From Antedon mediterranea (lineage: Eukaryota; Animalia; Echinodermata), in assembly GCF_964355755.1 (NCBI RefSeq), contig NC_092671.1:21142001-21206000 (forward strand): a stretch of DNA of 64,000 nt, in the 5' to 3' direction. A model generated the notes under the pieces. It saw only the letters and a list, made by a program, of their open reading frames with translations. It ran no database searches and had not been told where the DNA came from. The first letter of the stretch is position 1, and each line of letters starts with the position of its first letter. Positions 13,456 to 25,900 of this stretch are shown here, in pieces. The translations under genes and the position numbers were made by a program.

Positions 13456-15192
13456 GAAGAGCATTTTCCTCAAATTTTCACTAACAAGAGATTGAATGAC
13501 AAGCCCTGGTTTACAACTAAATTAAGAAAATTAATTTTGAAACGCCAGGTGGCTTACCGAAATGGACAGGATATCCAGTGGAAAATCTTACGTTGTAAGG
13601 TACAGCAGGAAGTCAAACGAGCGAAGGCTTCATTCTATGAAAAGTCTATTGCTACCTTGAAAGGGAACCAACCTGGAAAATGGCACCGCAGTGTCCAGAA
13701 GCTCTGTAATATGAGGAAGAAATCAAGTCGTATTCCTGGCTCTGATGTTGACCCTATAAACACCGTTGAATGCATCAATAGCCATTTTGCACTTGTATGT
13801 AATCAGCTTCCGGCTTTGAATATCAACAAGCTACCAGCCTTCCTCCCAGCAAGTGAACCACCAGTTATACATGAATGGGAAGTTCGTAAGGCTTTGACTA
13901 AAGTGAACTGTAATAAATCAAGCCACCCAACAGACTTACCAATTAAAATAATTAAGGAATTTGCTATTGAACTTGCTAACCCGCTAACTAAATTATTTAA
14001 TACGTGTCTCAATGAGGGACACTTTCCACGTCAGTGGAAAACTGCTTCTATAGTTCCAGTTCCAAAACAAAACAAGATCCGCTCTTTTGATGATCTTCGT
14101 CCAATATTATTATAGATAAATTAATTAAACTTGGAGTTAGGTCATCCATTGTTTCCATCGTCTGCAGCTTTCTGTGTGAAAGAACTCATACTACCAAACT
14201 TGGCACGCACATTTCTTCCACCAAATCAATCTCTTGTGGAGTACCACAGGGAACCAAACTGGGACCTATACTCTTTTTGGTTCTAGTAAATGATGCTGCC
14301 ATTGAAAGTTGTAGACGTTGGAAATTTGTGGATGACCTGACTCTAGGGGAAGTAACCAAATGTGGTGCTTCCTCTAACTTACAAAGTGTCCTTAATAGTG
14401 TCAGTGAGTGGTGTGCATCTAATGATGTTCTACCAAAACCAGCTAAATGCCAAGTAATTGAATTTAACTTTTTAAAGCAACGGCAGCTTAATTTAGTTTA
14501 CACTATGGATAACTTTAATCTTCCAATAGTTAGTAAGTTAAAACTGCTTGGTGTAATAATCCAAAATGACCTCAAATGGGGTTCAAATGTTAATGATATA
14601 ACATCAAGAGCCTCACGTAGACTATTTTCACTATGTATCCTGAAAAGGTCTAGTGCACCAGTCAGTGATCTGGTTACAGTATTTACATCATATATCAGAC
14701 CTGTGCTGGAATATGCCTGCCAGGTTTGGCATTCATCATTAACTGTTCAGCAATCTAATTTAATAGAAAAAATTCAAAAACGGGCTTTGCGCATAATTTT
14801 GAGCCCACATTATGTTAGCTATGAATTAGCCTTAGAGCAAGTAGGTTTGCCTTCTTTAAAGTCCCGTAGAGAACAGATTCTTCTCAAGTTTGGCAAGAGT
14901 CTTTTAGAATCTACCAAATTTAGAAATATGTTACCAGCATATAAATCTGATAGGCATTCAAGATCGTTAAGGAGCAATACTAGTTCAAAGTTGGATTCTT
15001 GCAGATGTCGCACTGAAAGATATAGGCGGTCTACTATTCCACACTTAGCACGAATCCTTTAAGTTTAATGTTTAGTTTAGATCTTCTTTGATGTATTTTA
15101 TTTCTCAGTTGATTGTAATCCAACCTTTTCAGCTCTTGCTGCTGGTTGGAATTTGATGTTTTTATACCTTAATAAATAAATAAATAAATAAA
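13456..15192 (+). mobile_element. 5'-truncated, internally deleted CR1/L2-group LINE with (AAAT)n tail and 4-bp TTTC duplication
   Basis: ORFs 13363-14115 (KPWFT...WKTASIVPVPK...DLRPI) and 14277-15062 (KFVDD, KLLGV, RPVLEYACQVW); PQGTKLGP at ~14245; (AAAT)n at 15171-15192; TTTC at 13452-13455 and 15193-15196. Confidence 0.92.
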
Positions 15193-15819
15193 TTTCAATC
15201 TCGCTTTTTGCACCTTAAATTGGGAACTAATAATAGGCTTGTACTTTTTGTCATTCAGAAATAGAGACATTAGAACACCTATTCTGGTCATGCAATGTAA
15301 CCTAACGATTTATTTTAGATTGTGACTATTCTTTGGAAGATAGTTTGTCCTTACCAAGGAGGAGTTGGTAAAATACAAGATACTTACAACCCAGTAATTT
15401 TTTTATGTACTATATGGTAAACAATATATTTTTAACGGTAAAGTGAACAATAAGAAACCAGTACATTAAGACAGTAATGTATTTTTCCAAAAAAATTAAA
15501 TTTACTTTAGAGGTTGAGATACATCTCATTAAAGAAGACTGCTTCCAAACCTCAGTGACCTATTTGTAAGATGTATGAACCAATGATAGACATCTGCCAT
15601 CAAATTAAGGTATTATTTTTGTTTACATAATATGTAACTTCTGTATGAGTATATAAGAGAAATTGAATAAATGAGGTGAAAAAAGTATTTGATACATTAG
15701 AGATAAAATGAAACAGTGGACAAAAATCGAATGAAAAACACATTGCTGCGGAAGTTGCAATTTTCTTTTGTATGGGAGATTTTTTACCTACTTGCTACTT
15801 TTGTAATTAAATTGTGGTC

Positions 15820-16629
15820 TACCAGTAACCCGTGCTCCGCACGGCTTGTCACGTCTGCCTTAATTCACATGGCATGATTAAGTGTCTGCGCATTCTTCCC
15901 GGCCCGTGACAAATTATTTAAAAAAACCGAACAAATTGTCAATAATACAATTCGGCCATTTATTTTGATATACACGGAGTAATTCCATTACTTTGAAATA
16001 TCTGTAAGCTACAAAATGAAAGCAATACTGGATATGGGACTTTGTGCTGTGTGAATATTAATATAGGGTGCGCCTCAGAAAGTGACAACGTGCATGAGAG
16101 GGACATGCACGTTGAAGTATGTTAATCAGTTGGCAGATTAAAGCAAATTAATGATACATTATTAATTGGTAAGTTATCAATTAAGATGTGAAGTATAGGA
16201 ATAATGAAATCAACACAACAAGTAGTCGAAATTAGATGCACTTTTTTTGTGTGTGAGGTTTTGTAACTTTTTGCTAGCTTTGGAATTACATTGTGGTCTA
16301 GTTTTGATTTTTAGCTTTAATTAAGCGGTGATACTCGATAATAATTACATCTGTCGCGGATTCGAACTCGAACGTACTATTTTTTGGCGGCCCGGCATGG
16401 TATTTGTAGGTCCGGCCATGGTGGTACACAACATAAGAGGTTGCGTATTTTATACAGTGACGTAACATGTCAAATTACTGCTATTTTTGCCTTGTTTAAG
16501 TGTTTATCAGGAAAGTGATATAGCCTATCGTGTGCGGCCCCTCATCAGTGTGTCAAATGTGACGTAACATTCAGTTGTTTCAGGAGAAGATACGTAAAAT
16601 ACGCGAAAAATTTAGCATAATATATAGAT
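15820..16629 (-). mobile_element. Probable non-autonomous Helitron-type element
   Basis: Hairpin CCGTGC-TCC-GCACGG near one end and TATATAGAT (5'-TC on minus) at the other. A related fragment lies at ~11918-12110. Confidence 0.5.
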
Positions 16630-18507
16630 AATGATGGTACAGTATTATTTGGATCAAGATTAGAAGTGGGTACTTGTCTCATCTTGACCCTTATTACAAT
16701 ACAATATAAAATAAAAAATAACAAAAAATTGAATTAAATGCAAATACAATTAGGCCTGTGTAATATATGTAATAAATTAATCATGGTAAAGGGACAAATA
16801 AAATGTGTTAATATGTTTCTTAAAAAAATGTAACAAAACAGATTGTTTTATATAATTTTCTAGTCTATTTCACAAATGCGGACCTGTGTAGCCTACTTCT
16901 TAAGTTGTAATCATGGGTTCCATCAACTGAATTGAATTGAATAGAGATTACAAGGTCAGATCCCAAGGCCATTACGTCATACGTTCACGGGCACATCAAC
17001 GTAATTTAAAGGTTCATATATCCATGGAGAAATAAGTCGACTATGAAACTAGATTCAAATTTGAAAGAAAATGTCAACAAAACAAGGAATGCGAAGAAAT
17101 GGTATGTATTGTCCTCTAAAATCTGAAATTGGTATTGATATCCTGAAAAATATATAATTATAGGTTACGTTATATACCTCTTTATTCAAATCTTTACCCA
17201 TGATCACGTCATCAAAATGAATGCAATAATATTGTTTATTTATAGAATTTTACAAAAATGATCATAGTTACGATACGTGTTTTATATTAGATGTATGATT
17301 GTATGTATATCCTTTATCGAAATTTGTATCTCTTTGTACCTGTTGTCTGGCGTGTTCTGTATAGGCCTAATATGGTGTATTGGTGTCCAAACTGACAGGC
17401 ATCCGCTTCTTTTGGTAAATTATAAATTGTGTCAATAGCCTAAATGTCGATACATTGCCCTGATATCTTACTATAATAATTAATAACAAATTACTATAAC
17501 AAAATACTCCGATCGAGATGAAACTTGGGTCTCACGGTCTTCAAACTTGGTGAGTGGATGAAGCCCGGCATAAGAAAGAAGGTCATGGTCAAATCTTAAC
17601 ATTTTCAAATTGCTCCAATCGAGTTTTATTTTCATAAACAATTAGGTCCTATTATCTAGTAAAAGTCAATTTTCTAGAAATAAAATAAAATACTGCTGTT
17701 CATGTATTCCGTTCCGTTTCTAACTATAATAATGCAACGGAATAGATTAAAACATTATTTATATAAGTTTAATATTACTTTCTTAACTAAGATTAATGGA
17801 CGGAAAAGACGGCATGGTACTAAAATGTTGGTGTTAAAAAATCCAATTACAGGCTTGAGTATAATGTCCACCGTTTTGCCTTGTGAAAAAGAGGTGTTTA
17901 CTAATCCATTCGTGGCATTGTAACTTGAAGTCCTGTAGCAATTGAAATGAGAATTATTAGAATAAAACGATAGATATTAAAGGAAACATGATTTGAACAT
18001 GACGATAAACATTGACTGTATTTTAGACGACACTTATTTTCATCCAAAAACAACAGAAAATCGAAAGAGAGCAAATTTAGCACAGTACTAATGAATACAT
18101 ATTTGTACCGTAGGAACAAGCAATTGTGTAAATCGAATTTTATAGGTGCTCTAGACCAATTACGTATTGTTTATATTTAATTTTATGTAATTAATTAATA
18201 ATCAAAGTATCAGCATTTTATTATTAATTGCCCATCATAGTTTCAAATATGAATTATAAACACGGGAACAAAACTAAACTGAATCACTGTGACTATACTG
18301 TTACCTTTATCATGTCATGTTTAAAAAAAATTAAAATAAAAGATAAAAATATAAATCAACAATTTTAAGTAAAAGAGAAATGTAATCGCAATTCCGGAAA
18401 AATAATAGTATTTTAAGCCGCATTTGTAACAATGTTTAATTTCAATTTAGGCCTAAGTATAATTTTTTGAAAATACAGATTAAGAGAAGTTGCAACTACT
18501 GTATTAC

Positions 18508-19259
18508 CTATTTTCGTGACAACCAATTTGTAGAATCCCAGTAGTTTAGATTGCTTCGAAACAAGTAATTCCTTTTACCTAATGATAATTAATAATAATA
18601 ATAAATATATAAACACAATTAAAATTTTGTTGAAACTTATATGTTTTTATCCGGTGCACATTGCATTAAATTGTATATGTTGACTTACCAATATAATAAC
18701 ACAACTGATGACAAGCATGGGACATTGCCAAACATTCTGTTAAAATACAGACAATTATGTTTAATGCATAATGGGTAATTTGTTATGGGTGTATTTGTTG
18801 TGCACATAAATAATACTGTGTACAAAATGACAAAAGCGATCCGACATTACAATATAGGTATATTTTAAAAATATAATAAGAAACCGGTTGAACATTTAAA
18901 TATGATTTTGACGTAATATTAAGCATTATTCTTATTAAATCTTATTTCAACGAAAATACAATTGTTGTATTTCTTTTTCGTTCCAAGAGTGTACATACGT
19001 TTATATAAATGGAATAAAATATTAAATAATGGATAACTATATTTCATAACCACTGAATAGATAGAATTAACTAAAGATAATGACTGCATAATTTTGCATA
19101 TTTTTGATAGTAATGTATTTTTACAAAGTGAACCTTACCTTGTGTACAACACCTACTGTTGCAAAGGTCCGTCTTACATCTGGGTTCGCATGCATTTATT
19201 GATACAGCTATAAAACACAATAGCAATGAAATAAACAACGAATGTTTTATTACAAACAT
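18508..19259 (-). CDS. Three-exon secreted cysteine-rich peptide precursor (79 aa): signal peptide, 8-Cys peptide, GKR amidation site, C-terminal tail
   Basis: Exons 19259-19139, 18736-18689 and 18578-18508. Donors GTAAGG and GTAAGT; acceptors TTTTAACAG and CATTAG; both introns phase 1. Translation: MFVIKHSLFISLLLCFIAVSINA CEPRCKTDLCNSRCCTQECLAMSHACHQLCYYI GKR NYLFRSNLNYWDSTNWLSRK*. Confidence 0.8.
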
Positions 19260-20629
19260 TTTGATTTCTATACCGATCTTACTCTAACCAAATCTCAACC
19301 TGATCTGATATTCTCTATGCGCTCTCGGTTTCCACTAAAATAGACATAAGTTTGCGCATGTACGTATTGTCACCCGATTCTGCAGCTATCACTAGTTAGA
19401 GTATAACTGACTATCGAAAGTCATCTAAAAACGAATCTGGTTGTATTGAATCGAGTTTGAACAATACCACGAAAGTACCAGTATATCTGCATATCAAGCA
19501 GATGGGTTTGAGTTCGAATCTCGATTGTGGCGACCTTTTCTCATTGATGGTATCATTGGAAAGGGAAAGTAAAACTGATCATTTCTATTCCATTACCCCA
19601 TTTTGAAAAATACATAGCTACATTACATAGTTATTCAGCAATAAAACAAGTCACGTGACCAATAAAGGTCAAAAGGACAACATTCAATTTCACCAATATG
19701 TTATTATCTTATTATTGAATAAATACGGTACTTAGCTATAGGACTACGTCACAACATCAAAAACAAAATGGTACTGATCATGGTATAATTTTTTAGTGTT
19801 CAAAGTCATGTGTATAAAAAAAATTGCAAGAAAATGTTTTTTTGATGTATTAAAACAAAATAAAAAAATGTATATCAAAAGTTTACTCAAATACATATTT
19901 ATATTATATTTACTGTTGTCTTTTTTTTTTTTTTTTTTGGTCAGTTTGACTCGACTATATGTCAAACCGGGTGTCACATAATGAACAAGCAAGCAGAGTA
20001 CCAATGTTAATTTTGGTCTACAAGCAACTGCCTTTCTCTTTGAACGTCAGATTTAAAAAAAGTGCAGTGAAATTATATTAACATATTTTAGTAATAAAAT
20101 TAAAAAATTAATTAGTTTTCCTCAAATTAACACGAAACAAAAAAGATCACGAAACAAAAAAGATCAGTGTTTGTTCTTTACAAACTAATACCATCGATAT
20201 TGTGAAGAAACGAATTACGATCTGTTTATAAAGTTAACAAGCGCCTTTAATTTTCACTTATGGTTTGGTTAATTATCGCAATATAAACGCTAACCATAAT
20301 AAGTTATTATTAAGAGTGGCAAAGTAGAATAATTAATCAAACTACTAATTGTTTGTGGTAACTTAACGTTCTTGTTGTTTAAAAGGGAAACCGTTATCCG
20401 CGTCGAACAAAACAATTATTACGTACGGCATTTTAACTTTCCAGTTATATTCAAATTAGTCGGAGAAAAACAGCTGTATGAAACGATTTCAATTATTCAT
20501 TTTCCTTTTTATAAATTTTAAAATTTGTATTTTAATTGTCTTACATTTACGGCATTTCTCAGTTATATTATTAAATATGCAGGTGGAGGGTCAATACTCC
20601 CTAGGAAAGGGTATTGTACCTGATATGAC

Positions 20630-21265
20630 AATGACAGCCAGGGTTGTTCCAATATATACAACTTATAAATAATAAAATCTATTTTCAAGCTACAGACATA
20701 TCTCCGTGCTTCCCATCCTATCTAAAATCCTAGAGCGTATTGTATAATAACTAGATGGTACGCGAGCGATATTTTAAGATGGTATATTCATTGCTTGTGA
20801 AACTGGGTGAGTGGGGAACACAGGCTTCAAGTCATAGTGATTAGGTTCGCTTTTGTGTCCCATGCCAGCTCACTCAGTTAGTTCTATTGTTTTTTTTTTG
20901 TATGTCGTGTTCTTCATGTATTTTATATTTGGCAATAAAAGAATAAGAATAAGAATACCACGATCGGGAATAGCCCCTATTTGGGGCAAATCGTTGTACC
21001 TAAATTCGTTTTAATTGTCAATAACTAATTATCTAACTCAATTTAATTATTAAACAGGGTTACATCAGGTGGTTAAAATCAGTACCGAAAGTATGAACCA
21101 ACTTTATATACCATCGAGTAAACATTCTAAAAGTAACGCGCGATTTACCGAATTTCGCCCTTACGTAAATTTATATTTAGATATAGGCTATATAACTATG
21201 TACAGAATTAAAGGTAACATTATTCACCCTTCACAATTTGGTTTTCCAAAACAAAGCACCACATA
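20630..21265 (+). mobile_element. CR1-like LINE RT fragment interrupted by a short Helitron
   Basis: ARVVPIY...YRHISVLPILSKILERIV before 20750, and NIIHPSQFGFPKQST after 21182. Confidence 0.7.
20751..21181 (-). mobile_element. Short (431 bp) non-autonomous Helitron, same family as 44738-47282
   Basis: Minus strand A|TC...CTAG|T termini. 20958-21181 matches 47058-47282; CTAGATGGTACGCGAGCG matches the family hairpin. Confidence 0.75.
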
Positions 21266-21344
21266 GGCCTAGGCCTATGGCTGTTCAAACTGTTCAAAAT
21301 TGGTTTAAGAGCTATGTCTCCGGAAGGCGCCAATATACTGTCAC

Positions 21345-21745
21345 GGAAGCTTAAAGTACGGAAGGTTAAAGTGACCGTCAATTTCCAATATTCCAACATA
21401 AAATTATCTTGTAACACGGAATAAAGCAGATCGAGGTTAAGACGTCTTTCTGTAATAGAATTCCGTCTTTTTCAAAATAATTTACGTCTTCCCATGATAA
21501 TTATCTTAGAAAGATGGAATTCCATGATAATTTATTTGGGATAAGACATAATTCCAAGACAGCTTTTCTTGGAAAGACATAATTCCATGATAATTTATCT
21601 TTAAAAGACGGAGATTCAAACTATAATTAGGCTATTTCGGAAAGACGGAACTCCATGACATTTATCTTGGTATTCTATTTTATTTGGACTTGCCTATTCG
21701 GCCGGTCGTCGGTGGCCGCACATGACGTTGGTATGTGTTAAAATA
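21345..21745 (+). repeat. Interspersed repeat with an internal ~45-bp tandem array; shorter copy at 26098-26230
   Basis: aagtacggaag.ttaaagtgaccgtcaatttcca...aacacggaataaagcaga is shared with 26098. Repeated aagacggaattccatgataatttatctt units at 21440-21670. Confidence 0.6.
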
Positions 21746-21849
21746 GACACTTGGCTTTGCTTAAAGATGTGTTGTCCCCATGATAAGATGGATGGAACGA
21801 AATTGCATAATAGTTTATTAGATTTATTAACTAAAATGCGATAAATATG

Positions 21850-24800
21850 AATATATTTTTTTAGGCGATATTAATGTAGATGTTTAAAACCCAACTACAA
21901 TGACAGAAAAATATCTAACGGACTAATACTGTTTAAATTTAGTTACAAATGAATCTTCCACTTTAATTTACCATATTTATTCAAATATTTGTAATTCTTT
22001 TATTCATACTAGCACTTTAGCATGTGATATTTCTGATCATTTCCCTGTTTATTCGATATTTGAAAATAATTACGTTTCCACCAAAGAAGATAATTTTTGT
22101 TCGCGACTATTCCAAATTCAACTCAGACGCTTTTCTTAATGTTTAATCAAATGTTGATTGGTTTGATGTCTATTCATGTTCTGATGTTGATGAATCATAT
22201 AATTTCTTTTATTCTAAGTTTATTCAACTGTGTGATTTGCATGCCCTTGTTGTAAGTCTTACACAAATTAAAAGGAAAACACTTTGGATAACCAAAGCAA
22301 TAAACAAAATCTATAAGAACGAAACATACATTATATTCTAATGTTATAAAATCAAATTTCGAATCAACTTTATTTTCTGATTATAAACGATACAGAAATA
22401 ATCTAACCAAAATATATGGCGCGCCAAGCTGTCATTTATTCGGAAATAAAGATATCTTAGTTTAAAACTAAGATATCTTAGTTTAAAACTAAGATATCTC
22501 TATTAATAGAGATATCTCTATTAAAAACTAAGATATCTCTATTAAAAACTAAGATATCTCTATTTAAAACTAAGATATCTTAGTTTTTAATAGAGATATC
22601 TCTATCAATAGAGATATCTTTATTAATAGAGATATCTCTATTAAAAACTAAGATATCTTAGTTTTAAATAGAGATATCTTAGTTTTTAATAGAGATATCT
22701 TAGTTTTTAATAGAGATATCTCTATTTAAAACTAAGATATCTCTATTAATAAACTAAGATATCTTAGTTTTTAAAAGAGATATCTCTATTAACAGATATA
22801 TCTCTATTAATAGAGATATCTCTATTTAAAACTAAGATATCTCTATTTAAAACTAAGATATCTCTATTAATAGAGATATCTTGGTTTTGTTTCCGGTTCA
22901 GTGTTTTATGGGTAATACGATTTTCCATCTGTGACTGAGGTAAGGTCAATTTCCTATAATTGTTAACATCGCAGTCCCAGTTGTAATATAGAGGCTATAA
23001 TGAAATAAAATGGAACAGAGGCAGAAACAGAATGTTTCAGAAAAAATGATGAGGCTTATAATGAGCACATAAACACTTTCCATAAAGATAAAAACCATTG
23101 TATTTGATCACTATTTAATTATGGATGATAGAAGTTTCTATGTACAATTTTGAATAAGTTTTCGTGAAATAGCTTGGTGGATAATGCCGATCATTTTGAA
23201 TGATAAGACAAAATTGAAATACCTCTAGTTTTCTAGAAATTTCACTCTTATTTATCTGGTTCGCGGTCAATGCCTAGAAAATTGTTTATAAAATACGTGT
23301 TATTCCAGGTACAGTCAGTGGGGAGGAGTAGAAGAGCTGTCTTATTTTATACAATATACTATTAATCGGAAAGGGAAAAAATACTATTTCGGAGAGAGCG
23401 CACCACATATTTATTAATTATTTATTTCGTTTTCTTTCAGTAGGGTAGCCCTCTCAGAAATAATATAAAAACTGCCCTTCCGATCCCGAGGGGCCCTACG
23501 ACATGCACATTTCGTTTTCTTATAGTAGTGTAGCCCTCTCAATCAGTAATAATATAACAAAGTTTATGATGTCGATGCGTGTCCCTTTTCACTTCTTTGC
23601 TAGTTTTTTAACCTTCAAAGGCTCGGTATAACTATAAGAAGAGTTCACATCCCTTAGATCTGCCTTTTAATGATGCATGTTAAATGCATGCAACGTTTAT
23701 TACTTTTTTACAGTATTACAGCTCGAAACTCCACGAAATTAATACAGTACAATGTCGGCTCTCAACAATTTAATTATTGTATTTTTCAGTTTTGTATGTT
23801 TTGTAGCACTGTAGCTTATACCTGTTTGACCTAGAAATCAACAACTATAAACACCTTGGTGGGATGTCCCTAATGGGTCATTAATCTTCCATTCTCAATG
23901 ACACACTTCCACCACATTCACAACTATACCATTCCCTACATACTTTGCAACAGGAAACAAAACTAAGATACCTCTATTAATAGAGATATCTCTATTAATA
24001 GAGATATCTTAGTTTTTAATAGAGATATCTCTAGTAATAGAGATATCTCTATTAACTAAGATATCTCTATTAAAAACTAAGATATCTCTATTTAAAACTA
24101 AGATATCTTAGTTTTTAATAGAGATATCTCTGTTAATAGAGATATCTCTATTAATAGAGATATCTCTATATTTAAAACTAAGATATCTCTATTTAAAACT
24201 AAGATATCTCTATTAAAAACTAAGATATCTCTATTGCTTGAATAAATGACAGCTTGGCGCGCCATAAAAATACTCAGAACAGCTAAATTTTTTAAACCAT
24301 TTAACTTTAATGACAAAAACGATTCCAAGAAAACATGGCAGATAATAAATAACCTACTTGGAAGGAGAACATCACCAACCAAACTACCACACAAAATCAC
24401 AGTCTCTAAACCGGACGGTGATGTTAATTTTATGGATGGTAACGCAATTGTTAATGAATTTAATCATTTATTTACTAATATCGGTCCTGCTGTGTTACCT
24501 AAAGATATTCGCAATGATGACTTAATTAATTTTTCTTCTTTTCTTGTTCAACCATATATTAATTCACTGTATTTAGAACCTATTACATCAGTTGAGGTTT
24601 TTAATTTATTTTCTTCTCTTGACAAGAAACAAGCTTCAGGTTATGATAATAATAAAATTAATTTCAATTTCAACCCCATTTATATAGGCCCTATTTGCCT
24701 CTATGCTATTATATTAAATATCTCATTTCAACAATCAATATTTCCTTCTTCCTTTTAAATTGCACGGGTGATTCCATTATTTAAAAAAGGAAGAAAGGAC

Positions 24801-25900
24801 TATTTACTAATTATAGACCCATATCTATTCGTCTAGTTTTAAGTAAAGTTTTAGAACAATTATTTAATGAAAGGTTCGTTAACTATTTTGAATGGTACGA
24901 TTTATTTTATAAACATCAGTATGGTTTTAGAAAATAATTAATCTCGTTAATAATCTCCAATACAATATTGATCATAAAGAATCTTCTCTTTATTGATTTC
25001 AGAAATTCTTTAGATACAATTGATCACTATTATATTACGTTATGGCATTCGAGGCAATACACTTAAATGGATTTCTAATCATCTTTGTAATAGGAGACAA
25101 CTAATTATATCAAGTCATTATACTTCAGATACATTAGATATAACATGTGGTGTTCCCCAGGGATCTGTGCTGGGACCCACCCTTTTTTAATTTACATTAT
25201 TGATTTACCAAATTCCTCTGATTTTTTTTATTTTCGACTATTTGCTGACGACACTAATTTAATCTACTCTTTTCTTGGAAGCATCCTTGATTTATTTGAT
25301 ATTAATGCTCAGGTAAAACAAGTTACTGGGTGGTGTATTGCAAATAAGCTCACAATAAATTCGGAAAAAACTAATTATATGATTTTTCAGTCCAAAAATA
25401 AAGTTATTAGAATTAAAAGTTATTTAACTATTATTAACAATGTTTTAATTAAAGAAAGTTCATTTATTAATTTTGAAATTAAGTTTGAAAAACTCTTATC
25501 TTAAAAACTCCACATTGATGATATTTGTAAAAGAGTTAGAAAAAAGCTGGATTTCTGTCTACCTGTTTTTATTTTCCCCAAAAATGATTGTCAGATGTAT
25601 TTCTTTTTTTTTTCATTTTAGAGATCATACACTTGAATTATATGTTCTTAAATTTGATATTTTTGACTATCACAACCGAACACTACATCTATTACTGATT
25701 ATTTCAAACTATTGATCATTCGTACAATACCAGATTAAATAAAACTGTTCATTTTGCCTTACCCAAACCTCGTACTAATTTAGGTCAAGATAGGATTTTA
25801 TTTTACGGGGCCAAATTATGGCACGAACTCTCTCTCTTTTAACAAGAGATACCCGTTTAGAAAAAAATTGTTAAAAGAAATTTATTTAATAAATGTATTT
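21850..25900 (+). mobile_element. Decayed CR1-group LINE ORF2, interrupted by the IS3EU-like element
   Basis: ISDHFPV near 22030; YKRYRNNLTK|ILRTAK rejoined across the insert; KKTWQIINNLL; NYRPIS; QYGFRK; CGVPQGSVLGP; LFADDT. Confidence 0.88.
22415..24266. mobile_element. Non-autonomous DNA transposon, IS3EU-like (TATGG...CCATA termini, 6-bp TSD)
   Basis: Perfect 27-bp TIR TATGGCGCGCCAAGCTGTCATTTATTC; TSD AAAATA at 22409-22414 and 24267-24272. Excision restores the host LINE frame. Sub-terminal arrays of palindromic AGATATCT units at ~22449-22885 and ~23960-24236. Confidence 0.8.

Larger units (their letters stand above)
12320..15530 (+). mobile_element. Decayed L1/Tx1-clade LINE 3' half, split by a SINE and a younger LINE
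   Basis: IVKIFAISQLAY, FDFVWNGKPDK and ALKMTWIK at 12480-12720. After removing the 13456-15192 insert and one TTTC copy, the frame reads TEAKIQYFQSRFLHLKL, followed by the zf-RVT-type CTFCHSEIETLEHLFWSC at ~15240-15293. Confidence 0.8.

Noticed and set aside
16500-16560. Second hammerhead candidate (CTGATGAG on the minus strand)
   Set aside because: No stem II followed by GAAA and no stem I/III pairing found.
19071-19138. C-terminal part (GKVHFVK...) of the 62-aa ORF in the track
   Set aside because: Read-through into intron 1. A GTAAGG donor at 19138 and a downstream Cys-containing exon give a more coherent product.
22449-24236. Regularly spaced palindromic repeats resembling a CRISPR array, and ORFs with NRDILVL repeats
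   Set aside because: No unique spacers, no cas genes, eukaryotic context. They are sub-terminal arrays of a TIR element and the ORFs are repeat artefacts.
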